A DNA stretch of 64,000 bases, from IMG/VR virus record IMGVR_UViG_2894352420_000001, positions 1 through 64,000 of that record. One strand, given 5' to 3'. The stretch is from a virus (Duplodnaviria > Caudoviricetes). Shown here in pieces: positions 1 through 9,161 of the stretch. Each line of letters begins with the position of its first letter. Positions within the stretch are counted from its first letter, which is position 1. The notes under the pieces are model-generated. The model was not told the DNA's origin. It made no database searches and saw only the letters and a list, made by a program, of their open reading frames with translations. Position numbers and translations under genes: made by a program.

Positions 1-3000
1 TTATGTCCATGTATTATCCCAGACTCCGGCTGCATACCAAAATCCATCTGCATAAACTAAGGTAGCAAGAGCTCCCCCAGCAATGTCAAAATTATTTGCG
101 CCTCTTACAGTTTCTAAAATTCTAAGGTTGGCTGAATCATTCTGTTGCAAAACCATTATCTCCTTTCCGTTATAGATTGGCCTACTTGGTGTAGTAAATT
201 TAACCGCTGATATTGTGGATCCAACTTTTAAGCCGTTTATGACAATAAAATCATACAATGAGGGATCGATCAATCTTGCGTCCGCATTTAGTGTTTCCTT
301 ATAGGTACTTTTTCCATTGATTAATGATTCATTAATAAGGGCTTTCCCGGTTAAAGCCAATATTGCATAATTGCTCAAACCGCCAGAGGCTTCGAAAATT
401 GCTCCAACATTATTTGCGCCAGCAATTTTTGACGAAAAGTAGGCAGCTGCTGAAATTCCAGATGCCGAAGAAACTGCGTTTGCGCCAATAATTGCTTTGG
501 TTACGTTGTTTCCTGATCCGGAAGCAGCAACAATCACAGCTGTTCCGTCATAATTTGTAATTCCGCCAGATCCAATTGACCAGCTTCCTGATATTATGGT
601 GCCGTCAGAATTAATTCGGCACGGAGCGACATTCCTATTTGCATAAGGCGCGCCGAAGAATGCCACAACTGGACCGTCTCCCGAAACGTTAAATCCACAT
701 ATCCCAGCCATTCCGATATTACTGGAATTGAATACTTCTATTTTCTTCCGGGCTTCAATTTCACCAGACTGCTTTATCCGTAAAGGAGCAACTGCCCTGT
801 TGTCATACCCCGCCCCGGCCCAAAGCCTAATTGAATTATCAGCGGTACCCTCTCCGGTTATACCCGCCAGAATACTTCCACCACTTCCAGCTAATTGAAT
901 GCGCCCTGAGGTAACAATTCCTCCGTCAATAGTGGTAACCGTATTATCATAATTAGACGCAGCGTCCCAATCCAAGGCATTGAATGCACCTGTCAGCCTC
1001 TCTACAAGACAACGTTTTATATTGGTACCATCTGCCCAAAGATCACCTATATTATAAGGTGTGACCGGTGTTGTTACAAATATTTGCCTTTTATGATCAG
1101 CTGTGTCTTTTGCAAGTGCAGCCAAAGCAAGTGCCGTTTGTATATCCGAATCTGAAAGAATCTGCCAGCTGTATACTGCGCCATTTTTTACATAACGATA
1201 CGATTTTCCAGTATTTGTGTTATAAAACAAATCGTTTACGTGCGCATCCCTTACTTCATTTGTTATCCAGTTGGTTGTTGGCTCGTTAGATAGTGTTGGG
1301 TCATAGGCATAATACCAGGTATCAATTTTCCCGTCAATACCAGCCAAAGTTTCATTCACATAATTAGTCAAAGTGCTAAAATCTTCTTCCAGATCCGCCA
1401 CAATTCCTTTTGTTCCATCGGCGCGCCTAAAAGTGATCTTGCCTCCTATTTCTCCGTTATTGAGATCGAAATAAGTATCGCCACCAGCGCTTTTAATCAT
1501 CCCAGTCGTTATAAATCCACCATTGATTGTCGTGGCGCCATAAGTTAGGTTAATCCAGCGAATGAAAAGAATAGGATCTACCGAGTGAAGCACACCCAGA
1601 AGAAAATGATAATATGTCGCATCATCATTTACTTTGATTTGATTCTGCGAAAAGAGGATGGATCCTGCATTTGTTGTTTTGTTACAGCGTCCATATATAT
1701 AGTAGAAATTGTCATTACCAAGGGAAACCGTTTGGGCATTTATCGTCCAGTTTCTAACAGCATCCTCGATCGTATAATGAACCAGTGATCCACCATCTAC
1801 CCGGACTACATTTTTATCTCCCTGATAATTCGGCCTGATCACCGTATTAAGCATCAGCTGCTGTGACTTGGCCCCCACGGAAAGCATACTTGTTTCGATG
1901 GAAAGAGGCTTTATTTTATCCGAATCGTAGTATCCATCTGTATCAAATACTCCTTTTAAAAGCTCTTGCTGCGTGCGCCAGTTCATCCGGGCTTTCTGTG
2001 GATTACGTAGGTCATTTATCCGGATGATTGTCTGGATATCGCGCTGATCATTGATAGTCTTGGCAATCGTGTTGACCTGATAGGAGTCCGAAACAACAAG
2101 GTCGTATTGATACTTAATCAATATTTGCCGTGTAAAACTGGTTATGCGCGTGGCCTTGTTAATTCCAAGATCGAGGTCTCGAATGTTTATGTAATCTCCG
2201 AGGGAAAAGAAATTAGTAATAGCCGAAGAAGAAGTCTGATTTGCCAAATATTCAGGTTTCACTTTCAAAGCAAATGAAACCATCGGCCAACAATTTGCAT
2301 CAACAAAAGATTGACCTTTTGTCCTTAATTCTGTTTCCGCCGCCGTGACATAAGTATCCGGCATGTTGATGTCCAGAATCACATACTTATCACCAACAGC
2401 AAACATGAACGGCGAATCAAGCAGGGGTTTAATTCCACCTTGCTTTTCAGTCAACGCGATCAGGTGAAAACTTTTGTCTGCATGAACATATCCAAGTTTC
2501 TCTTGTAATTCGAATTCATAGCCAGCCAGATTTCCTGAATTAAAATGAATTTTGGCCGAAGTTCCTGCTATCAGATATTTTGTGTTGCCGGCTGTATCCT
2601 TTTCATTCAAATCAAAATCCATGGTACCATCAACGAAGCCGGTGATATCACCTCCATAAATTGCAGTAATTGTTCCTTCACGCTGTGGCTTTACTTCGTC
2701 AAAGTTTTTTGAACCTTCAATTATACCCAATGCCGCTACCGACGCAGCATTTTCAACATAATCGGATCCTTCATCCCCAATTTTTAACCGGTCTGAAAAA
2801 TTCCGATAACCAGCTTTGATATTTTCTGTTGATCCCTTTGGATAAAGACGGTTAACCAATCCAGTTGGATTAACTGCTTTACGGCTGAGCTCATAAAGCC
2901 CATTACCTTTCCCATATGAAAAAGTATCATTAAGGATCTGCCCAATCTTTTTGACATTGATCGTCCTGGACCCATTTGAGTTCCGGATAATTTCAAATTC

Positions 3001-3516
3001 AGTAGAGAATGCCTGGCAAATAGTTTGAAGCGCAGCCAGGCAATCAAGATTTGAAAAAGTCACGGTTTTAGTGTCCGATTCTGCTATTTCTCCTTTAATC
3101 CACTTTCCTGCGCCAAAGGTTCGATTGGCGTTGTAGATCAGTGAGGAAATGAAAATATCTATAACGCCGGTAAGTGAAAACTCCCCAGAAGTATAAACGC
3201 CTAAAACGTCTGTATTAAAATACTGTGAGCGCAAAAGATCATACTGCACACCTTCAAAAACCAGATCATAGGAAAATTCCCGACCTGAGTTTTTTTGAGC
3301 TTGCGGCACATAATTCAGGGTATATTCGTCACTGAAAACCATGATTTTAGTTCCAATTTCCAGTTCCAGCGCTTTCGAGGATTGAACAGAAATATTGACT
3401 ACGTCCTGACCAAGGATCTCCTTCACCTGTTCTGCTTTGGTGATGTCCGTTGCAGGATTAGTGCGTCTGAGCGGAAAACGAGTTCCGTCGGTTTTGATTA
3501 AGATAATTTGCTCCAC
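1..3516 (-). CDS. Phage tail protein (Tal/host-specificity type, prophage tail endopeptidase-like N-terminus)
   Basis: 1171-aa ORF downstream of a Dit-like gene; Gly-rich low-complexity C-terminus typical of fibre or spike regions. Confidence 0.75.
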   Translation of the reverse strand: MEQIILIKTDGTRFPLRRTNPATDITKAEQVKEILGQDVVNISVQSSKALELEIGTKIMVFSDEYTLNYVPQAQKNSGREFSYDLVFEGVQYDLLRSQYFNTDVLGVYTSGEFSLTGVIDIFISSLIYNANRTFGAGKWIKGEIAESDTKTVTFSNLDCLAALQTICQAFSTEFEIIRNSNGSRTINVKKIGQILNDTFSYGKGNGLYELSRKAVNPTGLVNRLYPKGSTENIKAGYRNFSDRLKIGDEGSDYVENAASVAALGIIEGSKNFDEVKPQREGTITAIYGGDITGFVDGTMDFDLNEKDTAGNTKYLIAGTSAKIHFNSGNLAGYEFELQEKLGYVHADKSFHLIALTEKQGGIKPLLDSPFMFAVGDKYVILDINMPDTYVTAAETELRTKGQSFVDANCWPMVSFALKVKPEYLANQTSSSAITNFFSLGDYINIRDLDLGINKATRITSFTRQILIKYQYDLVVSDSYQVNTIAKTINDQRDIQTIIRINDLRNPQKARMNWRTQQELLKGVFDTDGYYDSDKIKPLSIETSMLSVGAKSQQLMLNTVIRPNYQGDKNVVRVDGGSLVHYTIEDAVRNWTINAQTVSLGNDNFYYIYGRCNKTTNAGSILFSQNQIKVNDDATYYHFLLGVLHSVDPILFIRWINLTYGATTINGGFITTGMIKSAGGDTYFDLNNGEIGGKITFRRADGTKGIVADLEEDFSTLTNYVNETLAGIDGKIDTWYYAYDPTLSNEPTTNWITNEVRDAHVNDLFYNTNTGKSYRYVKNGAVYSWQILSDSDIQTALALAALAKDTADHKRQIFVTTPVTPYNIGDLWADGTNIKRCLVERLTGAFNALDWDAASNYDNTVTTIDGGIVTSGRIQLAGSGGSILAGITGEGTADNSIRLWAGAGYDNRAVAPLRIKQSGEIEARKKIEVFNSSNIGMAGICGFNVSGDGPVVAFFGAPYANRNVAPCRINSDGTIISGSWSIGSGGITNYDGTAVIVAASGSGNNVTKAIIGANAVSSASGISAAAYFSSKIAGANNVGAIFEASGGLSNYAILALTGKALINESLINGKSTYKETLNADARLIDPSLYDFIVINGLKVGSTISAVKFTTPSRPIYNGKEIMVLQQNDSANLRILETVRGANNFDIAGGALATLVYADGFWYAAGVWDNTWT

Positions 3517-4739
3517 ACCTGTACCGCGTTAGTAGTGAATGTATCCTGATCAATATCTTCAATCACACCGGACATGACGATGTAGTATTCCCCGTTAGAG
3601 GAGTAATTATGTGTAATTGTGTTCGGCTCGTACAGCTGACTGGTTTGATTAAAATTGCTAAAAACGTCGTGCATAACCGATCCATCCCCCCAGTACACGT
3701 TAATCAAACTTGATGGTTTTAATGTAATTGAAACCGGCCCGGATGCGTCCGTTTTGATGAATTTTAAAATCCTTTTTACCGGCTCATCTTCTGTGAATTT
3801 CAACGTGAATTTGGTAAACATCTTACCGTCGCGCCATTTTTCAATATCGAATGGCATGGAATCTTTCACATAGGCTTCGAAGATCAATGGCTTGGTTCCC
3901 AATTGAATCATGATCCGGATTGTGCCTGACTTGGAGAGTTCTTCTTTAAATTCAAGCGCATTTTCAATCGTTGCATCCTTCCCGATTTCGGAGAACCAGC
4001 AGTCCATTTCAAATTGTCTTGGCTCAAATCTGATATCGTTCAGGTTGGTCGTTCTGCCGTGATAATCAGGCCAGTCGTATGAACTTGGATTCTTCATTTC
4101 CAACCTGTCGATGATTCCACGAATTGCTGAGACCGTAATCCCAAATTCCTTGAAATCACGGCCATTGATTAAATATTTCACTTCTAGTGTGGCGTTTGAA
4201 ATAATATTGGCAAAATCTGACTGGCTTAATACCTGGTCATTCAGGACAATGAAGTTGTCGATATAACTGAACCCACTTCCAGAGTTAGGAGAATTTGACA
4301 AAAGGCAAAATCCTGTGGGACTACCCCAGCCTTCCGGAGTTTCTTTGTTGTCTATGAGTTTCGCATTGACATAGGTCATAAACCTGGTTCCATCTTTTAC
4401 AATAGCAATATGAGTCCAGTTATGCAGTGTTGTTTTAAGCTCTACTCTTAAATACCTATTAGTCCCCGCATATTTGACAAGCACGTAGGTTTCAGTTGGG
4501 TATATTCCTTGAATTTCAGCCTGATACCAGACATGAACTGTGAAAGTTCCGTTGAGATTGATGGGTTGTGATCCAACTATTTCCGCTCTTCCATTACCCG
4601 GAAAATACACGCTATTGCCCTCTCTTCCTTTCGTAAATCGCCCGTCTGTAATCACAGCATGAAGACCGGAAGCGGAATAGTCATAGGCTATTTCCGATCC
4701 GTTCGACTCGTCGAATGGAAGGTGAAGTACTAGGGTCAT
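3498..4739 (-). CDS. LamG/ConA-like domain fused to a distal-tail (Dit-like) domain
   Basis: N-terminal LHLPFDE...NWTHIAIVKDG...YVNAKL pattern typical of LamG_3; C-terminal YLINGRDFKEFGITV...WPDYHG pattern seen in Bacteroidota phage Dit proteins. Confidence 0.65.
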   Translation of the reverse strand: MTLVLHLPFDESNGSEIAYDYSASGLHAVITDGRFTKGREGNSVYFPGNGRAEIVGSQPINLNGTFTVHVWYQAEIQGIYPTETYVLVKYAGTNRYLRVELKTTLHNWTHIAIVKDGTRFMTYVNAKLIDNKETPEGWGSPTGFCLLSNSPNSGSGFSYIDNFIVLNDQVLSQSDFANIISNATLEVKYLINGRDFKEFGITVSAIRGIIDRLEMKNPSSYDWPDYHGRTTNLNDIRFEPRQFEMDCWFSEIGKDATIENALEFKEELSKSGTIRIMIQLGTKPLIFEAYVKDSMPFDIEKWRDGKMFTKFTLKFTEDEPVKRILKFIKTDASGPVSITLKPSSLINVYWGDGSVMHDVFSNFNQTSQLYEPNTITHNYSSNGEYYIVMSGVIEDIDQDTFTTNAVQVWSKLS

Positions 4740-4782
4740 TTATAGTGTGTGTTCTCATACAAATGTAACATAAAATATTTTT

Positions 4783-4803
4783 TATACTTACAATGTAAAT
4801 ATA
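4783..4803. promoter_or_regulatory. Palindromic operator copy 1 between divergent sigma-A-type promoters
   Basis: TATACTTA-caatg-TAAATATA; TACATTTG on - strand at 4760-4767 and TACGTTTG on + strand at 4818-4825. Confidence 0.7.
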
Positions 4804-4828
4804 TTAAATAGTTTTAGTACGTTTGTTA

Positions 4829-4901
4829 TGCGGGGTGGAGGAGATGGTACCTCATTGGGCTCATAACCCAAAGATCGGTCGTTCGAGTCGACCTCCCGCT
4901 T
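4829..4901 (+). tRNA. Initiator tRNA-fMet (CAT)
   Basis: Full cloverleaf: acceptor TGCGGGG/TCCCGCT with unpaired 1:72, D-stem GAGG/CCTC with A11:U24, anticodon stem TTGGG/CCCAA with three G:C pairs, loop CTCATAA, T-arm GGTCG-TTCGAGT-CGACC; CCA not encoded. Confidence 0.93.
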
Positions 4902-4910
4902 CTAATTAAA

Positions 4911-5003
4911 GTGGTATTGTTTCTGTGAGAGGCTACAATACCATTCTTCGGAATGGAAGTTCCAACGAACCCAAATCGACTCTCACGCGATTTGGGTTTC
5001 TTC
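4911..5003 (+). promoter_or_regulatory. Kissing-loop hairpin / terminator-like RNA element A
   Basis: 10-bp stem 4911-4920/4935-4944 with loop GTGAGAG (4925-4931); 11-bp stem 4968-4978/4988-4998 with loop CTCTCAC (4980-4986), followed by a pyrimidine tail. Confidence 0.65.
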
Positions 5004-5013
5004 ATTTAAAAAT

Positions 5014-5548
5014 GGTCGTTAAAAGTGGAAGGAAGTGTTCTTTTTGGAAACGCAAACGCGTATCCGATTTGTATCGTAAGAAGTAAGGGAGTAGTAAAAA
5101 GGAGCTTGAATATTCATACGCGGAGAATTGAAAGGCGGGTGTTTTATGAAACCGGAAGGCTGGTATTCCTGGGAGTTCGATCCTCTCAACGGCCGCAACC
5201 ATCCAGACGACGAGAGGAGTTAGTAATACGGAATAAAGATCAAGAGGACGTTTACCCGGTAAAAGTGTAGGGAAATAATAAAGTCGCCCTTAGCCTGCTT
5301 GAAATTGAGGTCCTACAGGTGAAAACTCCACCGGGAATGTGTGACAAATTAGGCATTCCCGGTTTCAAAACTATCTGGATAACAACACTAAATAAGCGTA
5401 GAACCGATCCGTATAAATAATGAGGCAAGTACGGTCGATGTTGGTAAATCTAAGTGTTTTCTTGCCAGGTATCGTGAATGCCAAATGCAGATTAGTACAA
5501 CATAACGGGGATAGTACCGGCAGCAGTAAAATGTTGCCGGTTTTCAAA
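5014..5548 (+). ncRNA. Candidate large structured ncRNA
   Basis: At least 9 helices of 5-11 bp, including long-range and crossing pairs, plus a T-loop arm; no convincing ORF; directly downstream of the tRNA. Confidence 0.55.
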
Positions 5549-5578
5549 GATTTCATTTCAAATTACAATGCAACAGTC

Positions 5579-5797
5579 ATGACACAAGAATCAAAAGACA
5601 AATTGATTGCAGCAGGTCGTCAAGACTTGGTCGACAATTTCGAAATTAGTAAGTCTGGTAATGCTGGAATTTTACCTGGTGGCGAATTAGTTGATTGCCG
5701 TGTATATCCAAATGCAGTCCCGATTCCGCCAAATAATCCTTTTCTAAGTATTACGCCGCAAATGGCAAAAGATGCTGCAATAAATAATAAGAAATAG
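5579..5797 (+). CDS. Hypothetical protein (72 aa)
   Basis: 3' part of track ORF 5420..5797 (MTQESKDK...); the upstream part overlaps the structured RNA. Confidence 0.45.
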   Translation: MTQESKDKLIAAGRQDLVDNFEISKSGNAGILPGGELVDCRVYPNAVPIPPNNPFLSITPQMAKDAAINNKK

Positions 5798-5813
5798 AAC
5801 AACTTACACACAC

Positions 5814-6887
5814 ATGCCAAATTTCTGCCAAAAGTTCGCAATGAGATGTTCGGAGCAGCAGTGGAAAATTGCTCAGGTTGACGGATATCCTTTGTCTGTT
5901 CAATTGATAAAATTGGGATACGATCTTTCACTACTTCAATTTTACCCGAACAAGCCCTATGTTGCTACTTTCTACAAACAAAGTAGTAACAAGATTTCTA
6001 CAACTAATACCCCTTTTAAAGATGGCAGGGAGGTCATGGAAACATTTGATGCTTCGCTGTTCTATGCGCTTTGCTGCCAATTGGATGGAGATCATGTTAC
6101 GACAGGCGAATTTATTACCACCAATCAAGGCAAAGTATTTCAGGTCCATTCCTTAGAAGGTACCTGGCTGAGACATAACCACCCAGATGGGAAGAACTCA
6201 GCTTTCGCAAAGGCGTCTGTTCACAAAAGCACTTTCCCGGAATTATTTGCTTGGCTTAACGACAACCCGTTACCAGCTGTCGGAATGATTTCTATTGAAG
6301 AACAGATTCAAAAGAAAAATAAGCCTGAACGTAAGATCAAAACTTTGGAAGCAGAAGCCACTTCTGAATCAACACTGGCAGCAGCCGCAAAAATTTTGGC
6401 TTCTGTAAATGAGATGACCATTGAGCAAATGATTGATTGCTCAAATAGTTTGATTTATGGTGCGACTAAAAGCGAAAAAGAAATCTCTGATCAGGTTGCT
6501 GTTGAAATTATTCCAATAACTGAAAATAAATCCGTAGCGCCTCCATTCCCCTCTAATAAATCTGAGATTAATGAATGGTTAGGGAGTTTGGTTATTCCAA
6601 AAAGCAAGGATCCTGTCGTTCTGGAAAATATAAAATCTCACTGTATTTGTCAGCCAATGAATTTCAAAGATTTGCTGTCCTGGTTTGCTGATCACGATTC
6701 CATCGTATGGGGTTTTATTGAAAAAGGCGAGATTCATTCCGAAATCAGATCCATCAGTCATATATCGAAAGAAAGTGTTTTGTTGTCCGGAGATAATGCA
6801 GAGACGGAGTTTCATCAAATATTTCAGGATCAGCAGCACTTTTTAAACTATGCACTATCAAAAATCAAAACAGATAATCCATTATGA
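5814..6887 (+). CDS. Hypothetical phage protein
   Basis: 357-aa ORF with ACACACAC immediately before the ATG. Confidence 0.7.
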   Translation: MPNFCQKFAMRCSEQQWKIAQVDGYPLSVQLIKLGYDLSLLQFYPNKPYVATFYKQSSNKISTTNTPFKDGREVMETFDASLFYALCCQLDGDHVTTGEFITTNQGKVFQVHSLEGTWLRHNHPDGKNSAFAKASVHKSTFPELFAWLNDNPLPAVGMISIEEQIQKKNKPERKIKTLEAEATSESTLAAAAKILASVNEMTIEQMIDCSNSLIYGATKSEKEISDQVAVEIIPITENKSVAPPFPSNKSEINEWLGSLVIPKSKDPVVLENIKSHCICQPMNFKDLLSWFADHDSIVWGFIEKGEIHSEIRSISHISKESVLLSGDNAETEFHQIFQDQQHFLNYALSKIKTDNPL

Positions 6888-7243
6888 ACTTCTGGTATTT
6901 TTTCTTCACCATTTATTTAATAAGCGGCTTTATAGTCTTCAATAATATTGATTTCGAGAGCGATGATCTCTGTTTCCTGTCGGATGAAGCCAGGTTCTTT
7001 CTGCCATACATTGCTTGGATACCGGTAATTAATTCTATTAATGCCATTGGAATAATAGGTGTTGATATTTACTATTTGATTAAAAAATTAGTTTTTGATA
7101 TCAAATTTAAGATTTGGTTTTTGTATGCCAGGGAGATCAGTAATCGGTACTGGAAAATTCAAACTGATTTGATTAAGAAAAATGGTATTGACTGGTACTT
7201 GAAAGATTTAGATGAAGAAATAACCGGCTCTTTAAAAAAATGA
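6884..7243 (+). CDS. Hypothetical membrane protein
   Basis: Two hydrophobic segments; ATGA overlap with the upstream gene. Confidence 0.55.
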   Translation: MNFWYFFFTIYLISGFIVFNNIDFESDDLCFLSDEARFFLPYIAWIPVINSINAIGIIGVDIYYLIKKLVFDIKFKIWFLYAREISNRYWKIQTDLIKKNGIDWYLKDLDEEITGSLKK

Positions 7244-7363
7244 AAACTGTTGAAGATAAAAAGTTGATTGGCACCTTCATTATTGAAGAGTACGACGGCA
7301 AAAAATATAAAATGCTTTTCGTTGAAGAAGTTCCGGAAGAAAAGACCGATGAAATTATAAGTA

Positions 7364-7726
7364 ATGATCACAGAAATAACTTTTCCCGGGAAACTTCCCG
7401 GCAATAACGGGCCTGGGGGATTGCTCCGGATGCACTGGCGGAAAAGAAATAAGATCCGGGATACATGGGTTTGGTTTATTAAATCCAAAACAAAAAACCG
7501 GCATTTGGGGCCGGTTAAATTTGAATTGATTCGATATCACTGCCGACAGGAATTGGATTTTGATAATTTAGTTTCTACTGGAAAAATCCCTACGGATTGT
7601 TTAGTGTTGGCTGGGGTTATAATTGATGATAAGCCAGCGATAATCCAGGAACGGGAGTATCGGCAGGTTAAGGTTAAGAGGTTGGAGGATCAGAAGACGG
7701 TAATATTAATTGAGGATATACTGTAA
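7364..7726 (+). CDS. rusA: RusA-family Holliday junction resolvase
   Basis: LDFDNLVSTGKIPTDCLVLAGVIIDD matches the DxDN...K...D...G...DD pattern. Confidence 0.7.
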   Translation: MITEITFPGKLPGNNGPGGLLRMHWRKRNKIRDTWVWFIKSKTKNRHLGPVKFELIRYHCRQELDFDNLVSTGKIPTDCLVLAGVIIDDKPAIIQEREYRQVKVKRLEDQKTVILIEDIL

Positions 7727-7729
7727 GTG

Positions 7730-8017
7730 TTAATCTGGTTCAAAGTGCAATTTCTCTAACGGTTCTAACTGACTTTGTAGCATTAAATATTCAATATCAT
7801 TTTCACCCAATACTTGAATTTGCCAAAGTGTATCACCATTTAGATTCAAATCTTTAATATATATCTGCTTTATATTATCTTTAAGAGGAAAAGTAATATT
7901 TAGTTTACAGAGCTTTCCTTCTATAAATGGATCAGGAGTTGGCCCCAATTCTAAAACTTTTAACATAAACGCTGTCGCGCCCATTTTAACTTTATACTTA
8001 TAAATATTCATAATCAA
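7730..8017 (-). CDS. Hypothetical protein
   Basis: 95-aa ORF, third gene of an AT-rich antisense cassette. Confidence 0.5.
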   Translation of the reverse strand: MIMNIYKYKVKMGATAFMLKVLELGPTPDPFIEGKLCKLNITFPLKDNIKQIYIKDLNLNGDTLWQIQVLGENDIEYLMLQSQLEPLEKLHFEPD

Positions 8018-8436
8018 TTTGACAGATGCTCAATTGTGACCAATTCATAGTTTTCAATAACTTTTAAAAGTTTATGTCTACTCCGCTCTTTTACATTAAA
8101 TAACTTGTAATCTTCAACTTGTTGCCTCAACTCATTGATCCTATTTTTAATCGTATCATATTGAAAATTACCTTCTCGAAGTACTATTGAAAAGTCACTT
8201 TTGTTATTATTCAAATAAAAAAGAATATCACGCAAGTCCTCCAGATTGAGACTAATTTTTTCATCATAATTATTGTAAGTCCCAACCCTAGTGTTGATAT
8301 GATTAAATTGCACAAACTTACCTGAATGATGATTTTTTCTAAATTCCCGTTTGTGTGATCCTTTTGTCGTTTCTACAAATCTTAAATTAAGTAATATATC
8401 TGCAATATCAGATTGGCTTAAATATTCGCTTTTCAT
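8014..8436 (-). CDS. Hypothetical protein
   Basis: 140-aa ORF overlapping its neighbours. Confidence 0.6.
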   Translation of the reverse strand: MKSEYLSQSDIADILLNLRFVETTKGSHKREFRKNHHSGKFVQFNHINTRVGTYNNYDEKISLNLEDLRDILFYLNNNKSDFSIVLREGNFQYDTIKNRINELRQQVEDYKLFNVKERSRHKLLKVIENYELVTIEHLSN

Positions 8437-9028
8437 TAAATTTTAAGTTTAGTAATTTCCATTTCTCCAAAACCTTTACCGGATCATAAAGCACAAATGC
8501 CCCGCCATAATATTCAATCTTGTTGCCTGCATTGATATATTCCAGAGCCTTTTCTTTCATACCAACTTCCCGAGCAAGCGATAATACATATTCCTTTTGA
8601 TTCTTCCGAAGCGCTGTAAAGAATTCTATCGAAATATTTATTATTCGGTTTTCATTGGCCGGATCCTTCTGCTTTCGGTAAAGTTTTATCAGTAGATCAT
8701 AAGGCTTGTAATTTGGATATCGATGCTCAATCAGCGTTTCATAAATCCAAATTGCTTTTTCAGCCTCTCCTTTCTTTGTAAATTCCTGAGCTTGACTGAT
8801 TAGATTTAGAAACCATCGCTTTACTTGACCATAGATAAAGTAATCCCGGAATTCAACCGGTTTAAATTTTTGCAGGTAATGGTTTGTTGACATTCCTTCC
8901 GGCTTATCGTAATAGAAATTGAAAGGTGGGAATTGGCGCTGCATTTCCAGTAGCTTTTCGCCGAGTGTGGTTCCCGCAGTCGTATTATTAGCAATGAACT
9001 CTATTATTTGAAGTTGTAATTCCTGCAT
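8408..9028 (-). CDS. Hypothetical protein with a TPR-like helical pair
   Basis: KGEAEKAIWIYETLIEHRYPNYKPYDLLIKLYRK resembles one TPR unit. Confidence 0.6.
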   Translation of the reverse strand: MQELQLQIIEFIANNTTAGTTLGEKLLEMQRQFPPFNFYYDKPEGMSTNHYLQKFKPVEFRDYFIYGQVKRWFLNLISQAQEFTKKGEAEKAIWIYETLIEHRYPNYKPYDLLIKLYRKQKDPANENRIINISIEFFTALRKNQKEYVLSLAREVGMKEKALEYINAGNKIEYYGGAFVLYDPVKVLEKWKLLNLKFNEKRIFKPI

Positions 9029-9113
9029 ATGATATCTATTTCACATGCAAGATATAAGGATTTGGAAGAAGGGTCGGTTTTATTAGAATCGACAAAAAAG
9101 GTAATTTTTATAA

Positions 9114-9151
9114 TATATTTATATTGTAAGTATATTTTATTCATATATTTG
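9114..9151 (+). promoter_or_regulatory. Palindromic operator copy 2 plus sigma-A -7 box of the RNA-repair operon
   Basis: TATATTTA-tattg-TAAGTATA (9114-9134); TATATTTG (9144-9151). Confidence 0.7.
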
Positions 9152-9161
9152 TGATGTCATA

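Noticed and set aside
4911-4990. HDV-like (theta) ribozyme after the tRNA: a G:U-started P1 and a 7-bp P2-like pairing are present
   Set aside because: Only 6 nt separate the P2 5' strand from the P1 3' strand, too few for P3/L3/P1.1, and it does not abut the tRNA 3' end; treated as a kissing-loop element instead.
5014-5201. A second canonical tRNA or a tmRNA
   Set aside because: No D-arm or 7-nt anticodon loop, U3:G70 rather than G3:U70, CCA displaced by 3 nt, and too short for tmRNA.
5337-5345. UGUGUG in the ncRNA hairpin as an antisense partner for the ACACAC leaders
   Set aside because: Only 5-7 nt and partly sequestered in the stem; not distinguishable from chance without data.
5002-5556. 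Track ORFs 5002..5202, 5025..5270, 5371..5556 and the 5' part of 5420..5797
   Set aside because: Short, mutually overlapping, no recognisable motifs, and they coincide with dense base-pairing.
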